A stretch of DNA of 62,937 nucleotides, counting the filler, from Reticulomyxa filosa (taxonomy: Eukaryota; Protista; Foraminifera): the NCBI GenBank assembly GCA_000512085.1. It is 17 parts of 17 records of this genome, joined end to end, with 100 filler letters (N's around TTAATTAATTAA, not from the genome) between each part and the next. Parts side by side here need not be neighbours in the genome. Positions count along the whole stretch, not along the records: positions 39,293 to 42,198 come from ASPP01006676.1; positions 42,299 to 45,297 come from ASPP01020671.1; positions 45,398 to 52,376 come from ASPP01014771.1; positions 52,477 to 58,678 come from ASPP01026093.1; 13 more parts are not named here. One strand, written 5' to 3'. Below the pieces are notes generated by a model that saw only the letters and a list, made by a program, of their open reading frames with translations, was not told the origin of the DNA and ran no database searches. Below, piece after piece: positions 40,370 through 53,253 of the stretch. The position numbers and the translations under genes were made by a program. Each line of letters begins with the position of its first letter. The first letter of the stretch is position 1.

Positions 40370-42198
40370 ATGACAGAAGAAAGCCATCCTCCATTGATTC
40401 CCTATGACAAGGGGAAGTTGCGAAAGTATGTAAACCAAGACGATAGTGAAAATGAAGGAGATGACGCAATAAGTGAAAGGAAGAGGGAGCAAGCGAGCCA
40501 AGCAGGAAGAACAAAAAAAGAGGAAGAAGAGCAAGAGGAAGAGGAAGAAGGAGAAGATAGAAACGGGAGTGTAAAAAAAAAAGAACAAGCAGAAAAAGAA
40601 GAAGAAGAAGAGCAAGAGAATGAAGAAGAGGCAGAAGAAGAAGAAGAAGAAGAAGAAAGTAGTGAAGAAGACGAGGATATGGAAGAGGAAGAAGAAGAAG
40701 AAGTGAACAAATTGAAGCAAATATTTCGAGCATCGTTAATAGAGGCCCTATTAAACCCAGAGGAGTGGATAGCAAAAGTGAATGAAAAGCGTCAAAGTCG
40801 GCAAAAGAAAGTGAAGAAAGTGAACAAAAAGCAGAGTAAGAAGAAGAAGCAAACAAAAGAGGAGAGACAAAATGAGGCAGCACACGACGCAGCAGAAAAC
40901 GCGTTGTTGCATTACTTTCATTACATGAGTGCCAATGCACCCCGCGTGGCCACGAGCAATACGCGTCGTCGAGGATACACGCACGAGGATTGGAACGAAA
41001 CATTTGCCAACGGGAACGAGGGGACCGATGACAGTGATGACAGTCGTGACGGCGCGGAAAGTCGCAACGCCACGAATAGTGTGGACAAATTTTCGAGAAA
41101 ATTGGCAGCCAAACATATGGCGAAGCCGGAGGAAATTTCTATCTATCCTTACATGGGCTACATGCAATACTTGCCGTATCAAGCCCTGGCGATGTCTGAA
41201 CTCGCGCCCATTGTCGCGAAAACAAAAGAGGAAATGGCCAAGTGGATACATCGTCACACAAAACGTACCAACACAAATAAGAAAAAGGGCAAGCATAAAC
41301 AAAAAAATAATAAAAAGAATGGTAGCGATTATACCAAAAAAAAAAGACGGCAAAGAAAGCAGATCAACACAAACTAGCCGTTTATGACAATAACAATAAA
41401 CACTCCAACAATAACAATAATAATAATAATAACAATAATAATAATAAAACCAAAATGAAAAACTTGACAGCTCTCAACGCAGGCAAAAATAAAAGCAAAC
41501 GCAAACAGAAAACCAAAACTAAAAACAACAAAAAAAACAAAAACAAAAGCAAAAGCAAACAAAAACAAAGGCAAAAATAAAGTCTCCAATCCTAACGATC
41601 CCAACTCTTTACAACCACAGTCGATCGAAAAACAAATGCCCAATAAAGTCTACAAGAAAATGAAAGTTGATAAACGTTCTCGAAATCCAAAAGTCACTGA
41701 CACTGTTGTTGTTATGGACCACTTGAAACCAAATACCAATTCCGACTCCAACATCAATTTCAATACCAATACCAATTCCAATACCAATACCAATACTAAC
41801 ACTAACATTAACATCAACATCAACTCCAATTCTAATACCAATGCCAATGCCAATGCCAATGCCAATGCTCCTCCCAAACATCGCAAGCAAGGAAGCATTG
41901 ATCACGTGAGCAGTGAGGAGTCGGAAGAACCACCCGTGACAGACTCCTTCTATCGGCATGCAATCATTGTCGAGGAGGCGCGTGAACACGGCGACGAATT
42001 GAACAACAACACAGAGGTTCCCGGGGAAGGGCCTCCGCAAGATGCATCGGCCAAAACAGAGATCGGTGCGGGCACGAACACTGACCCACTGCAACGAAAC
42101 AAAGAAGACCGTGGCAATGGCGATGGTAATGTACTAGAACAAGGGCGTAGTGAGAATGCTGATAACAACGGCAACGAAGAAGAAACAGACGAGGAAGA
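40370..42198 (+). CDS. Low-complexity acidic/basic/Asn-rich protein (3' partial; homopolymer frameshifts)
   Basis: ORFs 40370-41377 (poly-E, K-rich) and 41636 onward (NT/NA dipeptide repeats), linked by an N/K-rich segment in another frame. Confidence 0.6.
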
Positions 42199-42331
42199 NN
42201 NNNNNNNNNNNNNNNNNNNNNNNNNNNNNNNNNNNNNNNNNNTTAATTAATTAANNNNNNNNNNNNNNNNNNNNNNNNNNNNNNNNNNNNNNNNNNNNAT
42301 GTAAAATTGGAAATGCAAAAAAAAAAAAAAG

Positions 42332-43241
42332 GTCAAAGAAGTGAACGTCGCAAATGGATCCAACATTTTTCTGGTGTGAATGCAGTGATCTTTGTTGCGT
42401 CATTGAGTCATTTTGCGTCCTTATTGTTCGAAGACGAGGGAAAAAATTCCATGCATGAAAGTTCCTATTCATATACACAAAAATTATTTGTTGGTCCCTT
42501 CCCCCCCCCCCCCTCTATTTCTCCTTCCAGTCTTTCTATCCTTTTTTTACATTTTTCTGTCATTGTAAGTCGGATGTGGACTTGCTTTTTTTTGTATGCG
42601 TACTAAGGTCTAGAGCTCTTTGAAGAAATTGCGAATAGCAAATATTTCCGTTGGACAGGTAAGAAACTAATCAATATGCAAGAAGGGGAAACAAAAAAGT
42701 ACATATACAATAAAATGTACGTCCCCCTTTATTTAGACTCTTCACAAAGCACTTTTTTGGGGTAATGTTTTTCTTTTGGTATTGTTTAGATTTAATTCTG
42801 TTTTTGAACAAGGAGGACCTATATCGTGAGAGGATACGAGACGGAAAGTCCTTGTCATTGTGTTTCAGTAGTGAAGTAGGTTGGCAAGGAGAAGAGTGGA
42901 AAGGACCAGATTACAAACCAAAAAAAAAAGATGGCGATTCCAAAGACGATGATGAGGAATCTTTAAATAAAGCAGCTGAGGCTGGCATTGAATTTATTAC
43001 CCGCCAATACATCAGGCAGCTCCTCAATCCAGACCGTAGTGTTTTCAGTTTTGTACTTTTTTCAATAATGTACATGTTATGTTTGTAATACATTATTGCT
43101 GTTGTTGCACACATCACTTTTGATTTGTTATGAATAGCGCACGTAACTACTGCTACTCAAACAGAAAATATGAAAGCGGTTTTTTGGGATGTTCAAAATT
43201 TTGTTATTCAATCGAACATGAAAATAGTTGGCATTGCATAA
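42332..43241 (+). CDS. Heterotrimeric G-protein alpha subunit, C-terminal half (5' partial, 4 exons)
   Basis: [13 protein letters not shown] (switch II), [31 protein letters not shown] (G4) and [15 protein letters not shown] (G5). Introns 42461-42607, 42659-42789 and about 43049-43137. Confidence 0.93.
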
Positions 43242-43873
43242 AGCATTGCAATGTCAGTGTTTTAAAAGGGTTTTACTTTTTTTTTTGTAAATTTGTGGAG
43301 TTGTTTTCTCACCCAAACCATTTCAATTCATATTTTTTTTGAACTTTTGATTGCCTTTTTTTTGAACTTTTGATTTGCCTTTTTTTTATTGCATGTTTGT
43401 CATGAATGTTGTTTTGTTATTGTACCATGTATGCCACAAAAATTATTGTGCTGAACTAAAACTTGACTACAATAGCTGAGTGTTGACATCCAATAAAAAA
43501 GGCATAGATGAAAAATGATGTAGATAAGCATTGACACAAACTTAATAAAATTTGATGAAGTTCGACAAAATTATTTTTTGTTCTTGTTTTGGAAAAACAC
43601 TTTGCAAACCCCAACAATCCTCGATCCAAATTGAATGCAGTAATAACTCAAACAATACAAAGAAAAAAGCAAATTTTAGGTAAATAAGAAGAGAGGGCAA
43701 ACTTGGTGCAAGATATCAATTCACCGTGCACGTTCTCTTCGTGTTTGACAGATTCAGTCGCTCGTGGCAAACGACAATTTTGTTTTTATTTTACTTTATT
43801 TTTTGTTTTTCTAGACACTCAGAAAAAAAAAACAAATCCAAAGAAAGCAAACACAAACAAAACGAAAAATTTA

Positions 43874-45140
43874 TTATTGTGAAGGCCGACAACAACGTTT
43901 TATTACTTCTCGTTGTGGGCTAGGAATCCGAGTTTCGACCAATTGTTGAATATATTTGTCTGCGCATAAATCTTTGAGACATAAAGAAATACTTTTCTTT
44001 GATTTTTCACTTACATTACTATCTTCCAGCCCACTTGCCAATGTAGCGAGGCTTTGGGGCAAGTACGGTTTTATCTATAAAAAAAAAGACAGAACGCAGA
44101 TCTCTAATAAACATATATTGGCAAAATGCTCTCAATTTTGGAAAAGACATACCTTTTCTTTTTCTTTGGTGAGAAAGTGAATAATTGTTTTAAAAATCCA
44201 ATAATACTCACTAAAATCTGCGGTGAGAGGTAACGCTTGAAAAAAAGTTGGTAACAGCTTATCACACGGCAATGAATCCGATTCCGCCATTAACATTTTA
44301 CCCAACGTGCTTACGGCATTGTCACGTGTAATTTGATCCTCTTTTTAAAACCAGTGGAAAAAATGAAAATAACAAAAAAACTAAATAAAAACATTAATCA
44401 ATATTTTTTTTTTTAAAAAAAATTACCTTGGGATCCATCACGAGGTAGTTGCATGTAGTTCGTAATACAACGCAAACAAATTTGAGAATTGGACATATTA
44501 GCCTCTTGGTTACAAGTCAAAAACAAAGCACCAATGCAATAAAGAGCGTTTTGGCGAGAGTTACTGTCTTGCGATCGCGCGATACGTAAAGCAGTCTCGT
44601 AAGTGGTGGAGGCAAATCGTGTCATTAGTCCTTCTCCAGCACCAGCGAGTCGTATCGCGACGTCAGCGATGCATCCAATAGCCATGGATTGATCATGAGA
44701 GTTTCGATTGGGTTTTGCCCATTCCAAAATGGACGGATAAACTTTTTCAAAATATGGGACAAATTTTGCGCCCCACAGTTCTGCCAATACTGCCAAAGTT
44801 TCGGCAACCATGTCAGTGACAAATTTGTGTTTGGTCTCCACATCTTTGGTGTCTTCATTTTCAATGTCGCTGTTGGCATGGCAAGACGTTTTTTCATTAT
44901 AAAAATTGCAAATTGCACTCATCAACCCTTCCATATGTGTTTCGACGGCTTTGGGACCCAACATTTTCAGTTCAGAATTGAAGTTGTCCAACATACAGCA
45001 TAGCGTGTCTTTATCTTCTTCGTCGATGATCGACTGAATATAAAGTGAAAAGGATTTGTCAATCCACTCTTCGATATCCGGTCCCCATACATAGTCGTTA
45101 TTGCCTTGAGTCCATTTGTAACACCAAACTCCTTCAACCT
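43874..45140 (-). CDS. IPO4: Importin-4/Kap123-like karyopherin beta, C-terminal HEAT repeats (5' partial)
   Basis: EEDKD..C, FVPYF, DQSMAIGCIAD, RQNALYCIG, RDNAVSTLGKML and LPLTADFSE are characteristic of the importin-4 C-terminus. Confidence 0.75.
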
Positions 45141-45224
45141 CTGCTTTTCCGAAATACGTTGTAGTTTTTTTTTTTTGTATGTATTAGTGTCATTTATCGC
45201 AATTCTTTTGTATTGACTTGCTAC

Positions 45225-45255
<31 letters not shown>

Positions 45256-45397
45256 GTAACATAAACAATAAATACAAATCTTGCCTTCTCTAAGGTCNNN
45301 NNNNNNNNNNNNNNNNNNNNNNNNNNNNNNNNNNNNNNNNNTTAATTAATTAANNNNNNNNNNNNNNNNNNNNNNNNNNNNNNNNNNNNNNNNNNNN

Positions 45398-45436
<39 letters not shown>

Positions 45437-45477
45437 AAAAATTGTTTTTATAAGTGAATTGTAATCTCACAATAGTC

Positions 45478-48400
45478 GATAGGAGAAGATACTCATTGGG
45501 ACAAGTAAAAGAAGATATTACTTGGCTGCGTTGGGCAGATTTTCAAGTCGCTTCAAATTGCAATGTATCATATGTCATAATTGGTCAACAAACACGTACT
45601 GAAAAGGCCTCCATCTCTGCCACTTCTTCATGCCATTCTTGTGGAAGAACAGTTGTCACAGCTAAGTTTGGAAACAAAGAGTAAAGAGATTTTGGGACAT
45701 TTAATTCGCGAAATCAGTGATGAGTCGTCCTTTTGCTTTGCTGTAGATATTGCCAAAGATTTAAAAGCCAAACTTGGCTCCAAATCGGACATCAACAATA
45801 TGTTCACTGACATCACTCCAAAGTTGGATCAATTTGATGCGACTCGAGAACAGGTATTACAAATGTATATATTTGATAATGTAAAAAAAAAACAAAAATG
45901 AAGAATAAATGAACAATAATGGATTCAGGTGTATCAAGCACTATTTGTATGCGTACTTTGGAAAGAGTGGGACACGAAACAATACCTATCTATGAAACAG
46001 TTGCTTGTTGCTGTCAACATTCTTGCAAAAGAGAAACCGCCTCACTTTTCTGTATTTGAAGTCTTAAAGCATAATCTCGGCGTCTTTGATACTATCAATG
46101 CATCTGTGTCGCATAACAGCAAAAATAAATCTCGTTGCACTCCATTCGAAAAATTTATGATAATTCCTTGTTTCAATTTCTTGACATTGACAAAGCAGGG
46201 GTCTGGACACAAAGAACTCCCGAGTTGTTGGTCTATCCAAAATATTGACTTTGGAAGTGAGGAGAAACATTCGATTGACGAAGCAACTTTGGCAAAAGTA
46301 CTTATCTTAGATTTGCATTTGCGAAAGAATAATGAATTTTCTCCTGCCATTCGAATTGAAAAGCATTTGATTAATTTGTTATACTTCAATAATCAATTCA
46401 TTGATTTTATTGTTGAATTGTTGCTTGACAACACCAAATTTGATAAAACAACAAAAACCAATCTGTGGGAGTACTTATGGAGTTTTGAAAAATGTTGGTC
46501 CATTTTTTGGTCGTTATATGAACTACACTTTAACAAGTGGGATACATTCATTGGTAAGATACAAGAGTGCGTCGAAAATTTTACCAATATCTCCAAGAAA
46601 CTTTTCAAAGGCTTTACATCCAACGACTTTATATCTAGGGTTATGGAGTCACCTTCGAACGTACACCAATTCTTTCTCTTTGTAAAGAGACAATCATCCA
46701 TGTATGTTTTTCATTGTTCCAAACAAAAAAAGAGTTTATGTGTATATTTATCTTTCTTTTTGTTTGAATAGATGGAAGGACAATGCTAGTGTAATAAGCA
46801 CAATTAAACTGTTTTGTGACAACAATGAAATGGAAGGTCAAGGATTGATTGTGATGCTAGAGTTGCTGCGGACTGTTTCGTTATATATGTACACATATAT
46901 GTACATATATGTATATATGTACATATACCTTGTAAACATAACATATCGAATAATAACAACAAAAGCGAATAGCAGATAACGAAGATACAAACGAAAAGAT
47001 AACATTGACAAACAATATATTGCGACTCCTCTTAAGAGACAAAGAAAATCGTCTACTTTGGATTACATTATTGGCAAATTCACATTCGATAAGCACTCCT
47101 GATGTATTCTCGAAATCACTTCAAGAATCGTTCAAAAAATGGTTGAATGACAAGAATGAAGAAGAAGAAGAAGAAGAAGAAGAGGGCTTTTTTGAAAGAG
47201 TATCATTTCACTCCAAAGTACTTGAGCTGGTGTCCTCAGATACATTTGCAAATGCGAAATTGTATCATCAATATTTGATTGAAAGCGTGAATGACAAATA
47301 TAATGAATTGTGGTTGAATAATAAAAAATGGACCTCGGAGGAAATCAACATGTGTGCAAAAGTCAATTGGGAGTTATGGCCACAAGTAATTAAAAACATT
47401 GACAACATTCCGAAAATAGAAGATTTGGATAAAAAAGATGTGGAGTCTGTAAGTGAAAAACTTTGTTCAAGTTTGGATTACTGCTTTGGTTGTCGATTAT
47501 GGTTTGAATATAAAAGCCCAATGCAAACAAAATTGTCTACTTTTTTCGGCAAAGTGTTGACAAAGTTGGGCACAAGTTACAAACTTCTTTCTATTCATAT
47601 TCACAAGTATTTGATACAACATCGAAAAGTCATTGAAGATATTTTCTCTCACTGCCCAAAGGATTTGAAGTCATCATTGCAAACTTTGGATAAAATCACA
47701 AACGATTATACACAATTCTCCGAATTGATTGATCTGTTCAAAGAGATTCAGGATTATTTGTTTGAACACGATTTGTCGGATCGATTGAAGGAACTTAAAC
47801 AACAGAGTGATGACTGGGAAGCTCAAGGATTTATACGTGTGAAAGAAAGTTATAAGGATGAACTCCAACTATTGAAATTGTATGAACAAAAAATGAAAGA
47901 GATATCGGAACGGAAAGAAAGTTCAATGTTTCAAAAAATGTGGGAACACTTCAATTCACAATATAAATCGAGCCAACATCAAACATCTTTTTCTATTTTT
48001 GACAAAGTGTTTGATGACACAAAATCTATGTGGAAAAATTTTAAGCAGGTTTGTAATATCTCCTAATTTTTTTTTTTTTTTTTAATTAAAAAAAAAAATT
48101 AGGAGTATATTCAACTGTTGTTTGTTTCTAATTTGAATGAACTTTAAAATAGAATCTTCAAAATCAAACACTCAAGTACCAAGATTTGGTGTGGGTGTTT
48201 GGCGGGAATCCAAATGACACGGACGGAATAATAAAGAATTTGACAGGCGATATGCAATATCTATTCAAAGAGTATAACAGTGAGCAGCGACAGGCGATTG
48301 TAAATGATGTGGAAATAAAGATGAAAAAGGAGATCAATTTGAAAGAGCAACTCCAGTCTTGGATTGAGTTGAAGAACGTAACGGAGCAAATGAAAGAGTG

Positions 48401-51400
48401 TCATCCTCGCAAAGACAGCATACAAGAAGATAAGAAATGGCAAAAATATGTAAAAGCATTGGCACGAATGGAACAAGTAACAAGAACAAAGGAAGATATA
48501 TCGATCACAGAGACGTCTCAATGTTACGATGCTTGTATCGAATGTGTGGACAAAAGCTCCAAACTTTGTGTGGAAATTGGTCTTTTCGACACCTTGATAA
48601 AGTGCAAAGATCAAATAAAAATTCTGGCTGAAAATGAAAACTTCAATAATAACGCGCATTTTAAGAATACATTGAATATATTAACCAAAAGTAAGCTTCA
48701 AAGAGATCAGGATTTGGTCGCTCCCTTGCGACATGTGAACAATACAATGAAAGAAAAATTGTGGACATATACATTGGAAGATATGACTAACCTGGCCAAA
48801 TCCATTTTGGCATTGCATTCCGATGGCCAAGACTTTGTCATAAATATTAAAAAATGCAGTGATACAGATCTGAATACCATTTCGAATTTGGTCAATGAAG
48901 CAGATAACACTCGAACTGCAAAAAGCTTGAAGCAATTAAAAGACGCGATTCGATATGGGAAATGGCAATTTGCAAGTTGCAAGGAAGTGTTGGAAGGAAA
49001 GAAAGAAAAGGAATTGACTTTGAACATAAACAATGTGACTTGGTATTGTGAGGAAATTGGAGAAAATATTGACTGGTCTTGCTTGGGGCAGGAAAACAAG
49101 AGCTGAAAGAAATTGAACGTGTCATTCAACAATTTGAAAAGTGCAAGGAGATTAGTTCATATCAAATCAAATTTTGGAAAAAAGGAGGACGAATTGATAT
49201 CGAAAAGGATGAAAAAGGAGGAACTCAGAATAGTAAGGGATCATTGGAACTATCTGTGAGCTTGCAAATGAATGAATTTGAAGATTCTAAAAAAATTTGG
49301 AAACAAAGATTAATTGAATGGAATAAACAATGTTTTGAATTACGAGAACAATTCCCAGCACTTAATTATTTCTGTTTCAATCAAGTACATTTTTTATTTC
49401 AAAAAATTAATCAATTAAATATGCCCAACTGTCCTGATCGTTTCATTCAGGCGTCCAAATATGTCAAACCCTTTCTGCAAAAAATCAATTGTCAAGTCAC
49501 TGACAAAGATGTCAATGATATCTTGCAAAAATGGAAGGACTCCAAAGATTTTACTTGGAATGATGCAGAGAATAATGATAATAGTAATAGCTTTAAAAAA
49601 TGCAGAGATTCAATTGCAAAGTTTGGACATATCCTTAATCCTTTATGGAATTTATCTCGACACAATTTTGTGAGCGAAAAGTCCATATCCATTGGATTGC
49701 ACCCTGGTAAACCTAATTTGGTTATTGGCTCCAATGAACGGTTATTTGAATTACTTGGGTTATTTGAATTCCAACATTTCATCCCACGAGCAGAACATAT
49801 TCTGATTTGCAATGAAACAACAACCGAAGAGGATATTGCTTGTTTGATATTCCGAGCCATTACGAATGACAAAAGAATGCCATTGACAACGACTGAGACG
49901 AATCGCAATTCAGTAAAGCCATTATATTGTTTGGTGTATCCAGAAAAGTTGACACTTGCAACATTGGATCAAATTTGCCAAGACATATACGAGTTATTGT
50001 TGAGTGATATTCGATTGGAACATTTGAAAAATTGTTTTTATATGTTTACAGTTCTGTCCTTCAATAAAACCAATGCTTTGTGCAAAATACTTGCTCCGTT
50101 CCGAGTTACGCTTCAGGGCTTATCATTTCAACATCTTCCTAATCAAATGCTGTCTAAACTTTATCGTAATCAATGGACTAATAATCGAGCACATGATATT
50201 AGTACAGAGCCACCATGGATACAATTGTATACGTCGGAACGAGTTGCAATGGGAAAAAGTAGACTAATTCAAAGAGACATTCAAAGGATTCGAGAAATAC
50301 ACAAAACCAAGACAGTCCACGAAATTTGTATTACATTTAATAGCAAAGATATTGATTGGATAAAAATAATGGATAGATTTTGGAGTTATCACCCTTGTTC
50401 CAATGAAATGAAAAATATGGATATTGGCGAAGGAAATACATTGATCATTTACCATTTAGATATTTCATCTTGTGTTTCAAATCGTATTAATAACTTTTTA
50501 TTTGAATTGTTGTTTCTACAACATATCAATTCTAATTCCCAAATGTCTCAATGCTTCCATGTCAATTCCAATATGATCTTTTTAATTGAAATTCCCTCCA
50601 CTTTTGATCGATCAAGTCCCACTTTATCATTCAAACAATTCTTTTATTTATTCTTTTCCACTGTTCAATTTCCCACCATTCAAGTATCATCCCAGGATAA
50701 TGAATTTGAATTTGAAAAAGAAGCCCAATATGCCATCAAATGGATGCAAGAATTTTACAATGGAAATCTAAAGTTGTTTTTTTTTTTTTTAATACTATTT
50801 TTATCTTGTATTAAACAAGCACAACATATATTCTTGTGCATTTGCAAGGCGTTCTGAAACAAGGCAACAAGATATCGATCCTGATACCATGCCCGACTTT
50901 GAAACGAATCGAATGAAAACATTTATGAAAAAGCATTTTAATGCAATAGCCAAATCAAACCCGGTGCATCAATGCTCTTTTTTCAAATACTTGAATCAAC
51001 AGTTTAAACCTTTGGCAAAATCACTATTGTTGAAGAATAAGTTTTCGAACGCAGATGCAAGATCGGTGCAATGGAGATACGATATCACAAAGTCAGTGCT
51101 TGAAATGGCCGAAATATTGTGCTGTCGTCAATATAATCAAATAAAATCGAATCCGAAAGAAAAGGAAAAAAAAATTGAAAGCACTGGACAAGAAGAATTT
51201 TTTTTATGCAAGAAATGGCGTGGCTCTAAAAAATGTTGTTACTTGGTCAATCAAAACGGAGGTTAGTTGTTTATATTGTTTATATATGAAAAAGAGTTGA
51301 TTTTTAATGTCAGTCATTTGCTCATTTGATATTCCTCCATAGAAAATATTTCAGTGTTGATTAATGACATAAAAAACGTGAATCGAAGACAATTGGATGA

Positions 51401-52376
51401 TTTCCAAAAATTGAAGTTTTATTTATTCGATTGGCAGCAAGATTTGAAAAATAGAGAATTGGTTTTTCAAGTTTTGTATATTGCATTTTATTTCAATTGC
51501 TCCATTTTCACATTTCCAATCACAAAAAAAAAAAAAAAAAAAATAACAAATAAAATAATTGAATTGAAGACTGAAGAACCAACACCACAAACTGAAAAAG
51601 AAGAGCGATTGAGATTATTGTTGCACATTTTGGGGACTCCAAATCAAGGAATAATGAAAGAGTATGAAGAAAAAAAAATGGAGGCAGCAGAAAGTCTTCA
51701 TAATCAAATTGTGAACAAATTATGCAATGATAAAGAATGGTCGAATTATGTGTTGACATTTGACAACATTCTGAAAATGGTTGCCATTTTCATGAAAATT
51801 CGGACGAATACTCCTGTGATTTTGATGGGTGAAACTGGATGTGGAAAAACATCTTTGATCAAATATTTGGCACTAACTGCAAATGTGCAGTTGATTCCGG
51901 TGGATGTCCATGGAGGATTTGGAAGACAAGAAATACGTCAAGTAATGGAAGATTGTGACGCACGACTACTCAAAGAAAAAGAAAGCAAAACAGAAATGTG
52001 GGTATTTTTAGATGAAGTGAATACATCTCCTGATATTGGATGGTTCAAAGAGCTCATTTGCGATCACAGATTGGATGGTGTGAAAATCAGTGATCAAATC
52101 AAGATTATCGCAGCATGTAATCCTTATCGACCACGAAAAGTACAAACCAGTGACATAACGAATAAGAACGACCCATTAAGCAAATGGATGTATCGTGTTG
52201 TTCCTTTATGTGACACCATGAAAGAATATGTTTGGCCCTTTGGTCAATTGTCTGAACTGGATGAGAAGCAATACATTCAAGCAATGACCAAACAAATCAA
52301 ATGCAAATTTGATAAAAACACTGTTGTTTACAAAAAGATGCAACAATGGGAATTTAAAATTGCAAGGAATATTGCT
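45478..52376 (+). CDS. RNF213: RNF213/mysterin-like giant AAA+ ATPase (internal fragment, multi-exon)
   Basis: LREQFPALNYF, HILICNETTTEED, TSERVAMGKS (degenerate first P-loop), YHLDIS..NNFLFELL, YVLTFDNILKM..PVILMGETGCGKT (Walker A at 51828), VHGG, FLDEVNT (Walker B), KELICD, IIAACNPYR and YRVVPL..VWPFGQL. This is the collinear RNF213 AAA signature as I recall it. Confidence 0.85.
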
Positions 52377-52476
52377 NNNNNNNNNNNNNNNNNNNNNNNN
52401 NNNNNNNNNNNNNNNNNNNNTTAATTAATTAANNNNNNNNNNNNNNNNNNNNNNNNNNNNNNNNNNNNNNNNNNNN

Positions 52477-52526
52477 CTCTTCATATGGTGCCATTTAGGT
52501 ATGTCAGTTTTTTTTGCAATATACTG
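52477..52526. mobile_element. Tc1/mariner-like TIR end (same subfamily as 4995-5225)
   Basis: ctcttcatatggtgccatttaggtatgtcagttttttttgcaatatactg|TA. Confidence 0.6.
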
Positions 52527-53089
52527 TATCCAAAAATGGACCATTTGGATCAAAAGAAAAACTCCGTAAACAATTTAAATTAAAATGGAAAAAAATGACA
52601 AAGAAACATGCACAAACTTAACAAAATCAATGCCAAAAAAAATACAAGCAGTATACAATGCAAAAAGTAATGTAACCAAATTGTAATTTTCATTAAAAAC
52701 ATTCTTACCACAAAAAAAAATTTCAGTTCTATTGCTTTTGAATTAACATGACTAATTGGCATTAGACAAAAAAAAAGCAAAAAAACCAATAATAAATAAA
52801 GATAAAGCAAACAGTAGTCAAAAATCATCATACATTCACAATGTACAAACTTTGAAAATAACATTAAATTCTGCAAAAAAAAAATTTTATTGTTAATACA
52901 AAATTGAGTTTTCTCAAAAACTACGCAACGTAGAAGACTAATCTTTTTTTTTACAAATATCTACGCATTGAGAATTTTCTGAAAATGCTTTTAAAAAAGT
53001 TGGCAAGTTTCATGGTTACGACACAATCACGATTATCAACTTTTTCTCGAAAATTTTCAAAAATAGATAAAATATTCAAATTTTTTAAA

Positions 53090-53253
53090 CAATTAGTAAA
53101 GATTTAATAAAAAACCAAAATGATATTTAAAAAGTACACAATTTGTAGATATTTTTTAAACAAATTATGTCTGAATGTTGTTTTTTCATGTAGAAAATCA
53201 ATCATCTCTATAAGGTGCCATTTTAGACGTCAACTTTACTTTGCATTCTACTG
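53090..53253. mobile_element. Tc1/mariner-like long TIR, right end
   Basis: ...gaaaatcaatcatctctataaggtgccattttagacgtcaactttactttgcattctactg|TA. Reverse complement of 58373-58520. Confidence 0.65.

Noticed and set aside
3190-43241. GRK, G-alpha, MAPK and PP1 as a clustered signalling locus
   Set aside because: They lie on separate contigs joined artificially, with no evidence of linkage.
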